This document shows positions 41,660-51,154 of a stretch of 64,000 bases of DNA, piece by piece (position 1 is the first letter of the stretch; each line of letters starts with the position of its first letter). Origin of the DNA: Cenarchaeum sp. (GTDB taxonomy: Archaea > Thermoproteota > Nitrososphaeria > Nitrososphaerales > Nitrosopumilaceae); assembly GCA_965212015.1 (NCBI GenBank), contig OZ243037.1, forward strand, positions 544,001 through 608,000, written 5' to 3'. The translations under genes and the position numbers were made by a program. The notes beneath the pieces are model-generated. The model did no database searches and had not been told where the DNA came from. It saw nothing but the letters and a program-made list of their open reading frames with translations.

Positions 41660-42452
41660 GAATTACCGTGCACCTGTCGTGTGAGATGGCAGACGTTATA
41701 GGATTTTCTTTTTGCCCGTTGGCAATCAGCGCCTCGCCTACGCCCATCTCGAGGGCCTCAATTGAGGCCAGGATCTTTTTTTCCATTCCGGGGCCTATCT
41801 GGGGGCGGATCTGCCTTGCCTCTGCCAGCGTGAGGCTCGGTACTGTCTTTTTGTCCACTAGCAGGCCGTCCACGTCGGTGACAAATATCACCCTGTCGGA
41901 TCCCAGCGCGCCTGCCACGTGCGCTGCCGTCCGGTCCCCGTCAATGTTGAGAAACTCGTACTGCTCGCCTGCGGCTATCGGCGATATCACCGGGGTTATC
42001 CCCGCGTCTAATAGCGACTGCACGAGTCCGGTGTCTACCGCAGATATCTTGCCTGTGTATCCCCCGTCGATTGCCTGCTTGCGGCCCCGCTCGTTTATTA
42101 TGAGGAGCCTTTTCTTGCGCACCGCCCGTATCGTCATGGCATCCATGCCGTTGAGCCCCACTGCGTTGATTCCGTTTTGCTGCAGCATCTGCACTATCGT
42201 ACTGCCTATTCTGCCGGACATTACCATTGTAAATATGTCCATGGTCTCCCTGTCGGTGTACCTGCTTTTGATCCTGCTCGGCGAGGTCACAAACTGCGGC
42301 GTCTTGCCGAGCTGCTCGCAGACCCGCGTCACCTCCTTGCCGCCGCCGTGGACCAGGACCAGCTTTTCTTTTTGCAGCACGGACTTTATGTCCGATATCG
42401 CAGACGGGTGCATGCTGTCAACTACGCTTCCGCCGATTTTTACCGTAATCAT
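41649..42452 (-). CDS. lysZ: [LysW]-aminoadipate/glutamate kinase
   Basis: KIGGS, VHGGG, SRYTD, NIDGD. Confidence 0.92.
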   Translation of the reverse strand: MITVKIGGSVVDSMHPSAISDIKSVLQKEKLVLVHGGGKEVTRVCEQLGKTPQFVTSPSRIKSRYTDRETMDIFTMVMSGRIGSTIVQMLQQNGINAVGLNGMDAMTIRAVRKKRLLIINERGRKQAIDGGYTGKISAVDTGLVQSLLDAGITPVISPIAAGEQYEFLNIDGDRTAAHVAGALGSDRVIFVTDVDGLLVDKKTVPSLTLAEARQIRPQIGPGMEKKILASIEALEMGVGEALIANGQKENPITSAISHDRCTVIHDD

Positions 42453-42454
42453 GC

Positions 42455-43501
42455 CTATACCGGCGTCAGCGGCGTGTAGCGGAGGCCGCTCATCTCGTCG
42501 AATCCGGACATTACGTTCATGTTCTGTATGGCAGAGCCTGCGGCGCCCTTCATCAGGTTGTCAGATGCCGAAAGCGCAATCAGCCTGTTGTTGTCCTCGT
42601 CTATGTCAAATCCAATGTCGCAAAAGTTCGAGCCCACCAAAAACTTTGGATCCGGAAACTTGTAGGCGCCCTTTTTGTCCCGGATCAGCCTGACGAACTT
42701 TTCATCGCCGTACGCCTGGCGGTACATCTTCCAGAGCTCCCTTTCGTCTGTCTTTTTTATCATGAACGTGTGGTTGGTGCACAGGATTCCGCGGACGACG
42801 TCGACTGCGTGCGGGCTCATCGAGACGCGTATGCGGGATTTGGCAATCTCGCTGAGCTCCTGCTCTATCTCGCCGGTGTGCCGGTGCTTTGCAGGCTTGT
42901 ACGGCCGAATGACGCCTGCGCGCATTGCGTGCGACGTGCCGGCGCCGGAGCCTGCGCCAGACGAGCCTATCTTGGAGTCCACAATTATGTGGTCCGTGTC
43001 GACCATTTTATTGCGAATCAGCGGCGCCAGCGCAAGAATCGACGTCACTGCCATGCATCCCGGGCACGAGACGAGCTGCGCATTTTTTATCGCGTCTCGG
43101 TGCAGCTCTGGGACGCCAAAGGTGGATTTTGGCAGGTATTCGGGGTGGGGGTGGTTCCATCCGTACCACCTGTCATAGTCATCCGGGTCGTGAAGCCGAT
43201 AGTCGGCGCTGAGATCGACAATCTTGACGCCCCGGTCATACAGGGCCTTTACTATCTCGGTGGCAGTCCCGTGCGGCACTGCGGTAAATACGAGATCACA
43301 GCTGTCAGACAGCCGGTCATAGTTTAGCTCAGAGAACGTCATGTCGGTAAAGCCCTTGAGGCTTGGCTGCACCCTGTGCAGGTATTCGCCTGCGTGCTTG
43401 CGCGACGTGACGGCGGCAATCTCGACTTTGGGGTGGTTTATCAAAAGGCGCAGCGTCTCGCCCCCCACGTATCCGGACGCCCCGACTATTCCCACCTTCA
43501 T
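42455..43501 (-). CDS. lysY: [LysW]-phosphate reductase (ArgC/LysY)
   Basis: GASGYVG, DLSADYRL, PGC, DNLMKGAAG.A.QN. Confidence 0.93.
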   Translation of the reverse strand: MKVGIVGASGYVGGETLRLLINHPKVEIAAVTSRKHAGEYLHRVQPSLKGFTDMTFSELNYDRLSDSCDLVFTAVPHGTATEIVKALYDRGVKIVDLSADYRLHDPDDYDRWYGWNHPHPEYLPKSTFGVPELHRDAIKNAQLVSCPGCMAVTSILALAPLIRNKMVDTDHIIVDSKIGSSGAGSGAGTSHAMRAGVIRPYKPAKHRHTGEIEQELSEIAKSRIRVSMSPHAVDVVRGILCTNHTFMIKKTDERELWKMYRQAYGDEKFVRLIRDKKGAYKFPDPKFLVGSNFCDIGFDIDEDNNRLIALSASDNLMKGAAGSAIQNMNVMSGFDEMSGLRYTPLTPV

Positions 43502-43529
43502 GCCGAACTAGCAACAAGCAGGGTATAAT

Positions 43530-44390
43530 TTATTTCCTAACGTGTCGCGCGACGAACTCGACTATCTCCTTTGGAATGTTGGCCCCGGCTACGCCGGCCA
43601 AACCCCTGAACTCTACGGTATTGTTTACCTCGTGGACCAGCAGGCCGTCTTTTTGGTCCTCCATCATGTCTATTCCCAGTATCCCCCCGCCTACTGCGTC
43701 GGAGGATGCGGCGGCAAGCTCCTCAATCTCCGGCGTGATCTCGCAGAGCTCAGGCGTGGCCCCGAGTGCGATGTTTGTCTTAAAGGCGCCGTCCTTCGAA
43801 TACCTGTACATTGCGGCTATCGCCCTGCCGCCTATCGCAATTACGCGTATGTCGCGCGACTGGCGCCGGACTAGCTCCTGAAGATAGTATATCCTGTCGT
43901 ATGACGTGTCAGATATCTCGCGGGTCTCTATAATCGCATCCATCGTGTCGCGATCCCTTACCGGCATTACGCCGCGGCCCCAGCTTCCGATTACCGGCTT
44001 TATGACCAGCGGGTATCCGGCGGATTCTATCTGCTGTATGGCAGAGTCCTTTGAGAATGCAAAGTACGTCCTCGGCGTGGGCACGTTGTGTTTTTTTAGC
44101 ATCATCGTCATGAGCATCTTGTTGCCGCATCCCTGCGCCACTGCAAACGTGTTGCACACGGCAACGTCCAGAAACTCCAGCGCAGCCGCCAGGTGCAGGC
44201 CCCGGAAATAGCTGATGCACCTGCCCATCACCACGTCGCCAAGATCATAGTCCCCCCTGGCGCTCTCGGTGTCAAGCCGCACGGACTTTGCATCAAGCAT
44301 GGATACGGCGTATCCCAGGCCGGCGGCCTCCTTTTGAAGCATCTTTTCTTCCAGTCTCAGGCGGTCAAAGGCGATGCAGATCTTTGGCAT
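43530..44390 (-). CDS. lysX: LysX/ArgX ATP-grasp ligase
   Basis: KPVIGSWGR, KTNIALG, HEVNNTVEF; could be the ArgX paralog given the argG linkage. Confidence 0.9.
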   Translation of the reverse strand: MPKICIAFDRLRLEEKMLQKEAAGLGYAVSMLDAKSVRLDTESARGDYDLGDVVMGRCISYFRGLHLAAALEFLDVAVCNTFAVAQGCGNKMLMTMMLKKHNVPTPRTYFAFSKDSAIQQIESAGYPLVIKPVIGSWGRGVMPVRDRDTMDAIIETREISDTSYDRIYYLQELVRRQSRDIRVIAIGGRAIAAMYRYSKDGAFKTNIALGATPELCEITPEIEELAAASSDAVGGGILGIDMMEDQKDGLLVHEVNNTVEFRGLAGVAGANIPKEIVEFVARHVRK

Positions 44391-44557
44391 TACTCCCCCC
44401 AGTCTTCGCCGACAGCTTCTGCTTGCTTTAGCGCTATGTCAGATCCCTGCTTGCTTGAAATCTCATAGTCGGCCCCACAATCAGGACAGGAGACAATCTC
44501 CCCCACTGCGGCATCGTCTGGAAGGTTTAGACGCGCGTCACATTCCGGGCAGTTCAT
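44390..44557 (-). CDS. lysW: Amino-group carrier protein LysW (not in ORF track)
   Basis: MNCPECDA...GEIVSCPDCG...AVGEDWGE. Confidence 0.93.
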   Translation of the reverse strand: MNCPECDARLNLPDDAAVGEIVSCPDCGADYEISSKQGSDIALKQAEAVGEDWGE

Positions 44558-45750
44558 GTTTTTTTTGAAATTTTCTCTTGTAATTTATTAGCTTCTGTTG
44601 ATTGCATACCCCACAGCGCGACAAAGCCCCTGGCAAGCCTCTGATCAAAAGCCGAGCCGGCGCCGTACGTCGCAGCATTCCGGCTGTACAAAGAGTGCTC
44701 GGATTTGCGCCCCACGACCCTCATTGAGCCCTGGAACATCCTGAGCCGGACGGTTCCGCTCACGCACTCTTGGCTCCTGTTGATAAAGGCCTCCAGATCC
44801 CGCCTCAGCGGATCGTCCCACAGCCCGGAATATACAAGCCACGCCCACTGCTCGTCTATTGCCGACTTTGATCGCAGCTGGTGCGTGGTGTGCACCATCT
44901 TTTCAAGATCGGCGTGCGCCTCTATCATGCATACTGCGCCGGGCGTCTCGTATACCTCGCGCGACTTTATCCCGACTATCCTGTCCTCTATGTGATCTAT
45001 AATCCCGACTCCGGCGGCGCCGGCCTTTTTGTTTGCATACTCGATTATCTGTACGGGGCCCAGCGCCCTTCCGTCTATGGCCACCGGGACGCCGCGCCGG
45101 AACCTCACCTCCATGTACGAGGGCCTCTTTGGCAGGTTTTTTGTCCCGACCCAGATAAAGGCCTCTGCCGGCGGCTCGCAGTACGGATCCTCCAGTACGC
45201 CGCCCTCTATTGCGCGCCCCCAGAGGTTTTGATCAATGCTGAACTTTTTTGCGACGCCGTCGATTTCTATTCCGTGCCGGGCCGCAAACTCTAGCTCGGC
45301 CTCCCGGTCCAGGTTCATGTCCCGGATTGGCGCAATTATCTCCAGCTCAGAGTGCGCGTGCATTGCGACATCAAAGCGCACCTGGTCGTTTCCCTTGCCG
45401 GAGCAGCCGTGCGCCAGCGCGTCGGCATTCTCCTTTTTTGCAACGTCCAAAAACTTGGAGGCAATCAGCGGCCTTGCAAGCGCGGTGGCCAGGCAGTATT
45501 TTTTCTGGTACAGCGCGTTGGCCCTTATTGCCGAAAAGACGTAATCCCGGGCGAACTCTTTTGTGGCGTCAATGTGATAGTGTTTTTTTGCCCCGAGCTT
45601 TTTGGACTTTGCGGCCACCGTCCTGTGGTCGCCGCCCTGTCCCACATCCACTGTAACTGTAACTACGTCCATGCCCCCCTCTTGCAGGTATTTTACTGCG
45701 ACGGACGTATCAAGGCCGCCGCTGAAGGCAAGGATGGCTTTGCGAGTCAT
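44554..45750 (-). CDS. argG: Argininosuccinate synthase
   Basis: LAFSGGLDTS, HGCSGKGNDQVRF, GIKSREVYE. Confidence 0.95.
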   Translation of the reverse strand: MTRKAILAFSGGLDTSVAVKYLQEGGMDVVTVTVDVGQGGDHRTVAAKSKKLGAKKHYHIDATKEFARDYVFSAIRANALYQKKYCLATALARPLIASKFLDVAKKENADALAHGCSGKGNDQVRFDVAMHAHSELEIIAPIRDMNLDREAELEFAARHGIEIDGVAKKFSIDQNLWGRAIEGGVLEDPYCEPPAEAFIWVGTKNLPKRPSYMEVRFRRGVPVAIDGRALGPVQIIEYANKKAGAAGVGIIDHIEDRIVGIKSREVYETPGAVCMIEAHADLEKMVHTTHQLRSKSAIDEQWAWLVYSGLWDDPLRRDLEAFINRSQECVSGTVRLRMFQGSMRVVGRKSEHSLYSRNAATYGAGSAFDQRLARGFVALWGMQSTEANKLQEKISKKT

Positions 45751-45867
45751 TGCGCATCTGATGGGCGCACTTTGGGATTTATCTTTTGTGATAAATTCGC
45801 GCCGTCATACAAGCTAGCTTTAGCTAAAATCCGATCATTATTTAACGGCCCGTTATAACGCTGTTTT

Positions 45868-46869
45868 ATGAAAATACTGTATGGTGCAGGCGCAGGCGCA
45901 GCAATGGTCGGGGCGGCGCTGCTTTTTGCAGGCGGGGGCGAGGATTACGACAGGATCAGAGTCGCGTTTTTTCCAAACATAGGGCACGCCGTGCCCGTGA
46001 TAGGCATCGAGCGGGGAATATTTGCAGACAGTATGGGCGAAACTGCAATCGAGACGAGGCTTTTTGACAGCGGGCCGCAGGCAGTCGAATCGCTGTTTGC
46101 CGGAGCCATAGACGTGGCGTACGTGGGCCCCGGATCTGCGCTCAGCGGGTTTTTGAACTCGGAGAGCGGGATTGTCATACTGGCAGGCGCCGCAAGCGGG
46201 GGCTCTAGCTTTGTGGTGCATCCGGATTCGGCGATATCTGCGGCGTCTGATCTGGCAGGCAAGGCAGTTGCGGCACCGCAGATTGCAAACACGCAGGACG
46301 TCTCGCTGCGCAGCTATATGGCGCAAAACGGGCTGGATGCGGCAGGGCGCGGCGGCTCTACAATAGTAATCAATGTGGCAAACCCCGAGATTCACACGCT
46401 GTTTGCAAAGGGCGACATTGACGCGGCGTGGGTGCCAGAGCCGTGGGCCACCATACTGGTAAATGATCTCGGCGGCAGCCGCCTGTTTTACGAGGAATCG
46501 CTGTGGCCGGAGGGGCGGTTTGCATCCGTGCTGCTAGTGGCGCGGGCAGACTATGCCAGGGAGAATCCGGGAACGATACAAAGGTGGCTGGAGGCCCACG
46601 ACGGGACGGTGTCGTGGATTAACGAAAACCCCGGCGAGGCACAGGACGTTTTTAGCGGCTATCTCAAAAAAGAGCTGCGGGTGTCGTTTGGCGAGGGAAT
46701 AATCGGCGAGGCCTTTGAGAACATTGAGATAACGTCGGATCCCGTCAGGGATTCTGTTGCAGTGTTTGCGCAGCGCTCAGATGAGCTCGGGTATCTTGGC
46801 AGGGACGGATACAGCCTGGAGGGGATTTATTACGACATAGTACTGGGGGAGCAAGATGGCCAAGCTTGA
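45868..46869 (+). CDS. ABC transporter substrate-binding protein (sulfonate/nitrate type)
   Basis: FFPNIGHA, YVGPG, ANTQDVSLR, AWVPEPW. Confidence 0.9.
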   Translation: MKILYGAGAGAAMVGAALLFAGGGEDYDRIRVAFFPNIGHAVPVIGIERGIFADSMGETAIETRLFDSGPQAVESLFAGAIDVAYVGPGSALSGFLNSESGIVILAGAASGGSSFVVHPDSAISAASDLAGKAVAAPQIANTQDVSLRSYMAQNGLDAAGRGGSTIVINVANPEIHTLFAKGDIDAAWVPEPWATILVNDLGGSRLFYEESLWPEGRFASVLLVARADYARENPGTIQRWLEAHDGTVSWINENPGEAQDVFSGYLKKELRVSFGEGIIGEAFENIEITSDPVRDSVAVFAQRSDELGYLGRDGYSLEGIYYDIVLGEQDGQA

Positions 46870-47626
46870 GGCAAGAAACATTGTAAGGTACTTTCAGCAC
46901 GAAAAGCACCGGCTAAAGGCGCTAGGCGGCATAAACCTCCGCGTGAATGACGGGGACTTTGTGTGCATTGTGGGGCCGTCCGGATGCGGCAAGTCGACCT
47001 TTCTGAGGATAGTGGCAGGACTCGACACGCCGGACGAGGGCGAGGTTTTATTTGACGGCAAGCAGGTAAGCACGACTGGCCCCGAGAGGATAATGGTGTT
47101 CCAGGAGGGGGCGCTGTTTCCGTGGCTCAGGGTGATTGACAATGTGGAGTTTGGGCTAAAGATGGCCGGAATTCCAAAAGACGAGCGCGCGCTGATATCC
47201 AACAGGTACCTTGACATGATGCAGCTGACAAAGTTTGCAGACTCGTTTACGTACCAGCTGTCTACTGGGATGAAGCAGCGAGTAGCAATCGCGCGCGCCC
47301 TAGTAATGGATCCCGACGTGCTGCTCATGGACGAGCCGTTTGCCTCACTTGACGAGCAGACAAGGAATTTGCTTTTAATAGAGATGCAGCTCATATGGAA
47401 AAAGACCAAAAAGACGATACTGTTCGTCACGCACAACGTCGCAGAGGCAGTCATGCTGGGCTCAAAGGTGGCAGTGTTTAGCAACAGGCCGTCGAGCGTG
47501 AAAAAAGAGTTTGCGATAGACTTTCCAAGGCCGCGCCACGGTGACGGCGAGGAGTTCCACCGCGTGCAGCAGCAGATACACTCAGAGCTGCGCCCCGAGG
47601 TGAGAAAGTCGAGGGACGAGGCATGA
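46856..47626 (+). CDS. ABC transporter ATP-binding protein (TauB/SsuB-like)
   Basis: GPSGCGKST, LSTGMKQR, LLMDEPF. Confidence 0.93.
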   Translation: MAKLEARNIVRYFQHEKHRLKALGGINLRVNDGDFVCIVGPSGCGKSTFLRIVAGLDTPDEGEVLFDGKQVSTTGPERIMVFQEGALFPWLRVIDNVEFGLKMAGIPKDERALISNRYLDMMQLTKFADSFTYQLSTGMKQRVAIARALVMDPDVLLMDEPFASLDEQTRNLLLIEMQLIWKKTKKTILFVTHNVAEAVMLGSKVAVFSNRPSSVKKEFAIDFPRPRHGDGEEFHRVQQQIHSELRPEVRKSRDEA

Positions 47627-48375
47627 GGGGCCAGACAAAAAGAATCGTCTTTTATGTGGCACTCGTCGCGGTGTGGCAGGGGGTGGCAGACGCCGACATT
47701 TGGCCAGGCGAGATACTCCCGTCGCCCTACGAGGTGATGGAGGATTTGGCGTATGGCGCGGCTGATGGCAGCCTGTTTTACGGGATTGCAACCAGCATGT
47801 GGAGGCTGCTAGTCGGGCTTGGGATTGCAATCGCAGGCGGGATTACGCTCGGGATATTCATGGCCAGGGTGGCGACTGTAAACCAGACCATAGGCTCGCT
47901 TGTTCTGGGACTGCAGTCGGTTCCGTCCGTGGCGTGGGTGCCAATCGCCCTGATCTGGTTTGGCCCGTTTGACGGCGGGATAATCTTTGTCACTGCGATA
48001 GGCGCAGTATTTGCAGTTACAATCAACACGTATACGGGCGTCAGAAACATTGATCCGCACTATATAGAGGCCGCCCGCAACATGGGGGCGCGCGGAGGCC
48101 AGCTAGTTACGGCGGTACTGATTCCGGCGGCGTTTCCCTATATGATATCGGGATTCAAGCAGGGGTGGGCCTTTGCGTGGCGCGGCGTGATTGGCGCAGA
48201 GATTCTGTTCTCGTACCTGGGCCTGGGATATTTGCTCAACATTGGGCGGTTTACAAACGACGTATCGCAGGTGATCGCCACAATGCTGGTGATAATGGGG
48301 ATCGGGATTTTGGTGGACGGAATAGTGTTCAGGCGCCTCGAGGACAGGGTAATGTCCAGATGGGGACTGGGATAA
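47623..48375 (+). CDS. ABC transporter permease
   Basis: Hydrophobic; EAARNMGA loop. Confidence 0.92.
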   Translation: MRGQTKRIVFYVALVAVWQGVADADIWPGEILPSPYEVMEDLAYGAADGSLFYGIATSMWRLLVGLGIAIAGGITLGIFMARVATVNQTIGSLVLGLQSVPSVAWVPIALIWFGPFDGGIIFVTAIGAVFAVTINTYTGVRNIDPHYIEAARNMGARGGQLVTAVLIPAAFPYMISGFKQGWAFAWRGVIGAEILFSYLGLGYLLNIGRFTNDVSQVIATMLVIMGIGILVDGIVFRRLEDRVMSRWGLG

Positions 48376-48418
48376 TCCAGATAGTGTTAAATCCGGCAGG
48401 ATGGCAGTACGGGTTAAA

Positions 48419-49612
48419 ATGCCAGAGTCAGAAGAGTTCGCCGAGGCGCTGATGGATCAGCTCGCAGTGGAGACAGGCGAGGAAAAAGAGATTGCCGGAC
48501 TCGACGACCGTATACGGGAGGATGCCGGCTTTGATGCTAGCTTTGAGGGCCTCGAGGAGGCATCACGCAGGATACTGCCCGCAATGAGGGAAAAGCTGGA
48601 AGAGTTTTCCGGGCTTGCCATACCCGACGGAGTCGGCCTGGAGCTAGCCTGCCTGAAAGAGTTCAAAAAGCTAAAGGGCAGAAAGGTCTTTGCGACTGAG
48701 GACTCGCGCGGCTTTGTGGATGAGCTGTTCCTGGCAGTGGCAGAGCAGGACAAAGAAGGAATAGTCTCACTTATCGGGCGCGATGCGGCAAGGTACCTCG
48801 TATATTCCACGTACGCCATACAGTACATCTCAAAGATATCCACCACGTACGGCGACTATCTTGATGGTACGATATACCTAAACGAGTTCATACTGAGAAA
48901 CTATCCGAGGATAATCCTGTACAAGCAGGGCCCGCCGTATGCGGCAAGGTTTGATTCGGTGAATTCCGGGTACATCGGCGCGCTAAAGATGACCGTACTG
49001 GAGGAGCTCATCCACTCCGGACAGGAAAAGATTCACGCGGCAAACAAGAGGGCGGCAATGCAGGTAAATGCGATAAACGAGGAGCTGGCAGGAATAATAC
49101 TCGGGCTGGATGAGGCCACAGTGGAGCCACTCTACAAATACATGCAGCTTCAGACCGTGCCGGATGACTTTCCCATAGCAAAGAGGGCAAACCTGTTCTT
49201 TATGCTGAATCCGGACAACTTTATCGTCAACGTGCTCGGCCCGGAGGTCATGACGTACACAAAGATAGAGATCGACCCAAAGATATCGGCAATGCTCCCG
49301 CAGCTGATGGACGTGTACACGAGGTGGCTCGGGCCGATTCAGGCGCACCATGCGGCATTTACCGTAATGGAGGGGATGGCAGAGTTTATGGTAGAGGGCA
49401 TACTGGATAATGACGCCGACTTTGCCGGGTATCTTGGAACGTTTATGGGGACTGACATGTCCGCATACAGGGTAAAAAAGAGCATCGGAAAGGACTTTAC
49501 AGGGGCCGTATACGAGAGGCATTCAAGGGACACGTTTGAGATGCTAATTGAGAATCCGCCCACCACCAGGGAGCTCAAGGATCCAGCAAAGTACATGGAC
49601 AGGGTCCGGTGA
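48419..49612 (+). CDS. Hypothetical protein, possible zincin-like fold
   Basis: LEELIHSGQ plus downstream MEGMAEF resembles an HExxH...EG.A arrangement. Confidence 0.7.
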   Translation: MPESEEFAEALMDQLAVETGEEKEIAGLDDRIREDAGFDASFEGLEEASRRILPAMREKLEEFSGLAIPDGVGLELACLKEFKKLKGRKVFATEDSRGFVDELFLAVAEQDKEGIVSLIGRDAARYLVYSTYAIQYISKISTTYGDYLDGTIYLNEFILRNYPRIILYKQGPPYAARFDSVNSGYIGALKMTVLEELIHSGQEKIHAANKRAAMQVNAINEELAGIILGLDEATVEPLYKYMQLQTVPDDFPIAKRANLFFMLNPDNFIVNVLGPEVMTYTKIEIDPKISAMLPQLMDVYTRWLGPIQAHHAAFTVMEGMAEFMVEGILDNDADFAGYLGTFMGTDMSAYRVKKSIGKDFTGAVYERHSRDTFEMLIENPPTTRELKDPAKYMDRVR

Positions 49613-49615
49613 CAT

Positions 49616-49951
49616 GTGCGGGGGGTTATTAATCTGAGCATACAGGTTTTGCAGTACGAGTTTCTGGGGCCAGTCCCGCTCTCCGAGTGGGGCCCGCCGA
49701 TGGAAAAAACCGTCTATCTTGTAATGGCCAAAAAAAAGGACACATTCAGCATCGTATATGCGGGCGACTGCAAAAAGACGCAAAATCCGGATTTTTTCAC
49801 CAAAAACGAGCGCTTCAAGTGCTGGCTGGAGTGCGGTATGGAGTCAAGCCTGTACGTGGCAATCTATCCGATGTTTGAGCGGGACGATTCTGAGCGAGAC
49901 AGGCTGGTCGAAAAAATAATATCAAGATACAGGCCCGCATGCAACCAATAA
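49616..49951 (+). CDS. Hypothetical protein (GIY-YIG-like)
   Basis: VYLV...IVYAG...C-terminal YRPACN; start uncertain. Confidence 0.65.
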   Translation: MRGVINLSIQVLQYEFLGPVPLSEWGPPMEKTVYLVMAKKKDTFSIVYAGDCKKTQNPDFFTKNERFKCWLECGMESSLYVAIYPMFERDDSERDRLVEKIISRYRPACNQ

Positions 49952-49976
49952 TATGCGCGTGGCCCCAGAATCGGCC

Positions 49977-50084
49977 ATGGACTGTCCGTGCTGCGGCTGT
50001 GCAATGAGGGAGCAAAAAAAGCTGTCAAGATCCGTCCTCATGAAGTGTCCAGAGTGCGGGCTCAGCGACACGCGCATGCAGTAG
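49977..50084 (+). CDS. 35-aa zinc-ribbon miniprotein (not in ORF track)
   Basis: MDCPCCGCAMREQKKLSRSVLMKCPECGLSDTRMQ: two CxxC motifs. Confidence 0.55.
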   Translation: MDCPCCGCAMREQKKLSRSVLMKCPECGLSDTRMQ

Positions 50085-50140
50085 CATGGTTTTCAGGGCA
50101 AACATAATTAATGACAAAAAACACAGCAGGGTGGATCGAA

Positions 50141-50308
50141 ATGATGAAATGCAAGGAATGTGACGCAGACATTGCCGTTCCCGGCGACGCGCTAGAGGGC
50201 GAGATTGTGACGTGTCCCGAGTGCGGCGCAAGCTTTGAGATTGTAAAGGCCGACGGGGTTTTTGATCTGAAACCCGCCCAGACAGTCGGCGAGGATTGGG
50301 GGCAGTGA
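50141..50308 (+). CDS. lysW: Second LysW-like carrier protein (C-terminus EDWGQ)
   Basis: CKEC...GEIVTCPECG...TVGEDWGQ. Confidence 0.9.
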   Translation: MMKCKECDADIAVPGDALEGEIVTCPECGASFEIVKADGVFDLKPAQTVGEDWGQ

Positions 50309-51153
50309 CCCCCGAGGTTACTGTCCTGTATGACACCATCCGCTGGGAAGAAAAAGCACTGCTCGAGGCTGGCAGGAAAAAGGGCGTCAATATACAAATG
50401 ACGGACTGCAAAAAGCTGCACCTCGATTTGGACGGGGATGCGGACAATTACGGGACAATCCTGCAAAGGTGCGTGAGCTATTACCGCAACATACACTCCA
50501 CTGCGGCACTTGAGGGGATGGGTGCCGACGTGATCAATTCTCTGGAGACTGGGATACTGGCAGGAAACAAGCTGTACACCCACATGCTGCTAAAAAAGCA
50601 AGACGTGCCGACCCCGTATGCAAGCGTTGCATTCTCAAAGGATGCGGCACTAGAGTCGCTCAAAAAGGACGGGTATCCCAGGATAATAAAGCCGACTGTG
50701 GGAAGCTGGGGAAGGATGATCTCAAAGCTGAATGATGTCGACTCGGCGGAGGGGATTATAGAGTGCAGGGAGGCAATGTATCCGATTTACCAGGTTCACT
50801 ATCTAGAAGAGTTTGTCGACAGGCCGCCGCGCGACATTAGGGCGATAATGGTGGGGGACTGCGTGGTTGCTGCCATATACCGGTATTCGGCAGGCGGCAC
50901 CTGGAAGACAAACATGGCGCTAGGCGGCAGGGCAGAAAAATGCGAGGTCACAGGGGAGCTAGAGGAGATTTGCATAAGGGCCAAAAGGGCGGTAAAGGGA
51001 CAGATAGTGGGAGTCGACCTGATGGAGAGCAAGGAGAGGGGTTTTGTGGTACACGAGGTAAACAATACGACGGAATACAAGAATACGGTAAGGACGTGCG
51101 AGGTGGACATTCCGTCGCTGATGATAGACTTTGCGCGGGAATACGGAGAGTAA
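50305..51153 (+). CDS. lysX: LysX ATP-grasp ligase, second paralog
   Basis: YDTIRWEEK, KPTVGSWGR, WKTNMALG, HEVNNTTE. Confidence 0.9.
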   Translation: MTPEVTVLYDTIRWEEKALLEAGRKKGVNIQMTDCKKLHLDLDGDADNYGTILQRCVSYYRNIHSTAALEGMGADVINSLETGILAGNKLYTHMLLKKQDVPTPYASVAFSKDAALESLKKDGYPRIIKPTVGSWGRMISKLNDVDSAEGIIECREAMYPIYQVHYLEEFVDRPPRDIRAIMVGDCVVAAIYRYSAGGTWKTNMALGGRAEKCEVTGELEEICIRAKRAVKGQIVGVDLMESKERGFVVHEVNNTTEYKNTVRTCEVDIPSLMIDFAREYGE

Positions 51154-51154
51154 A

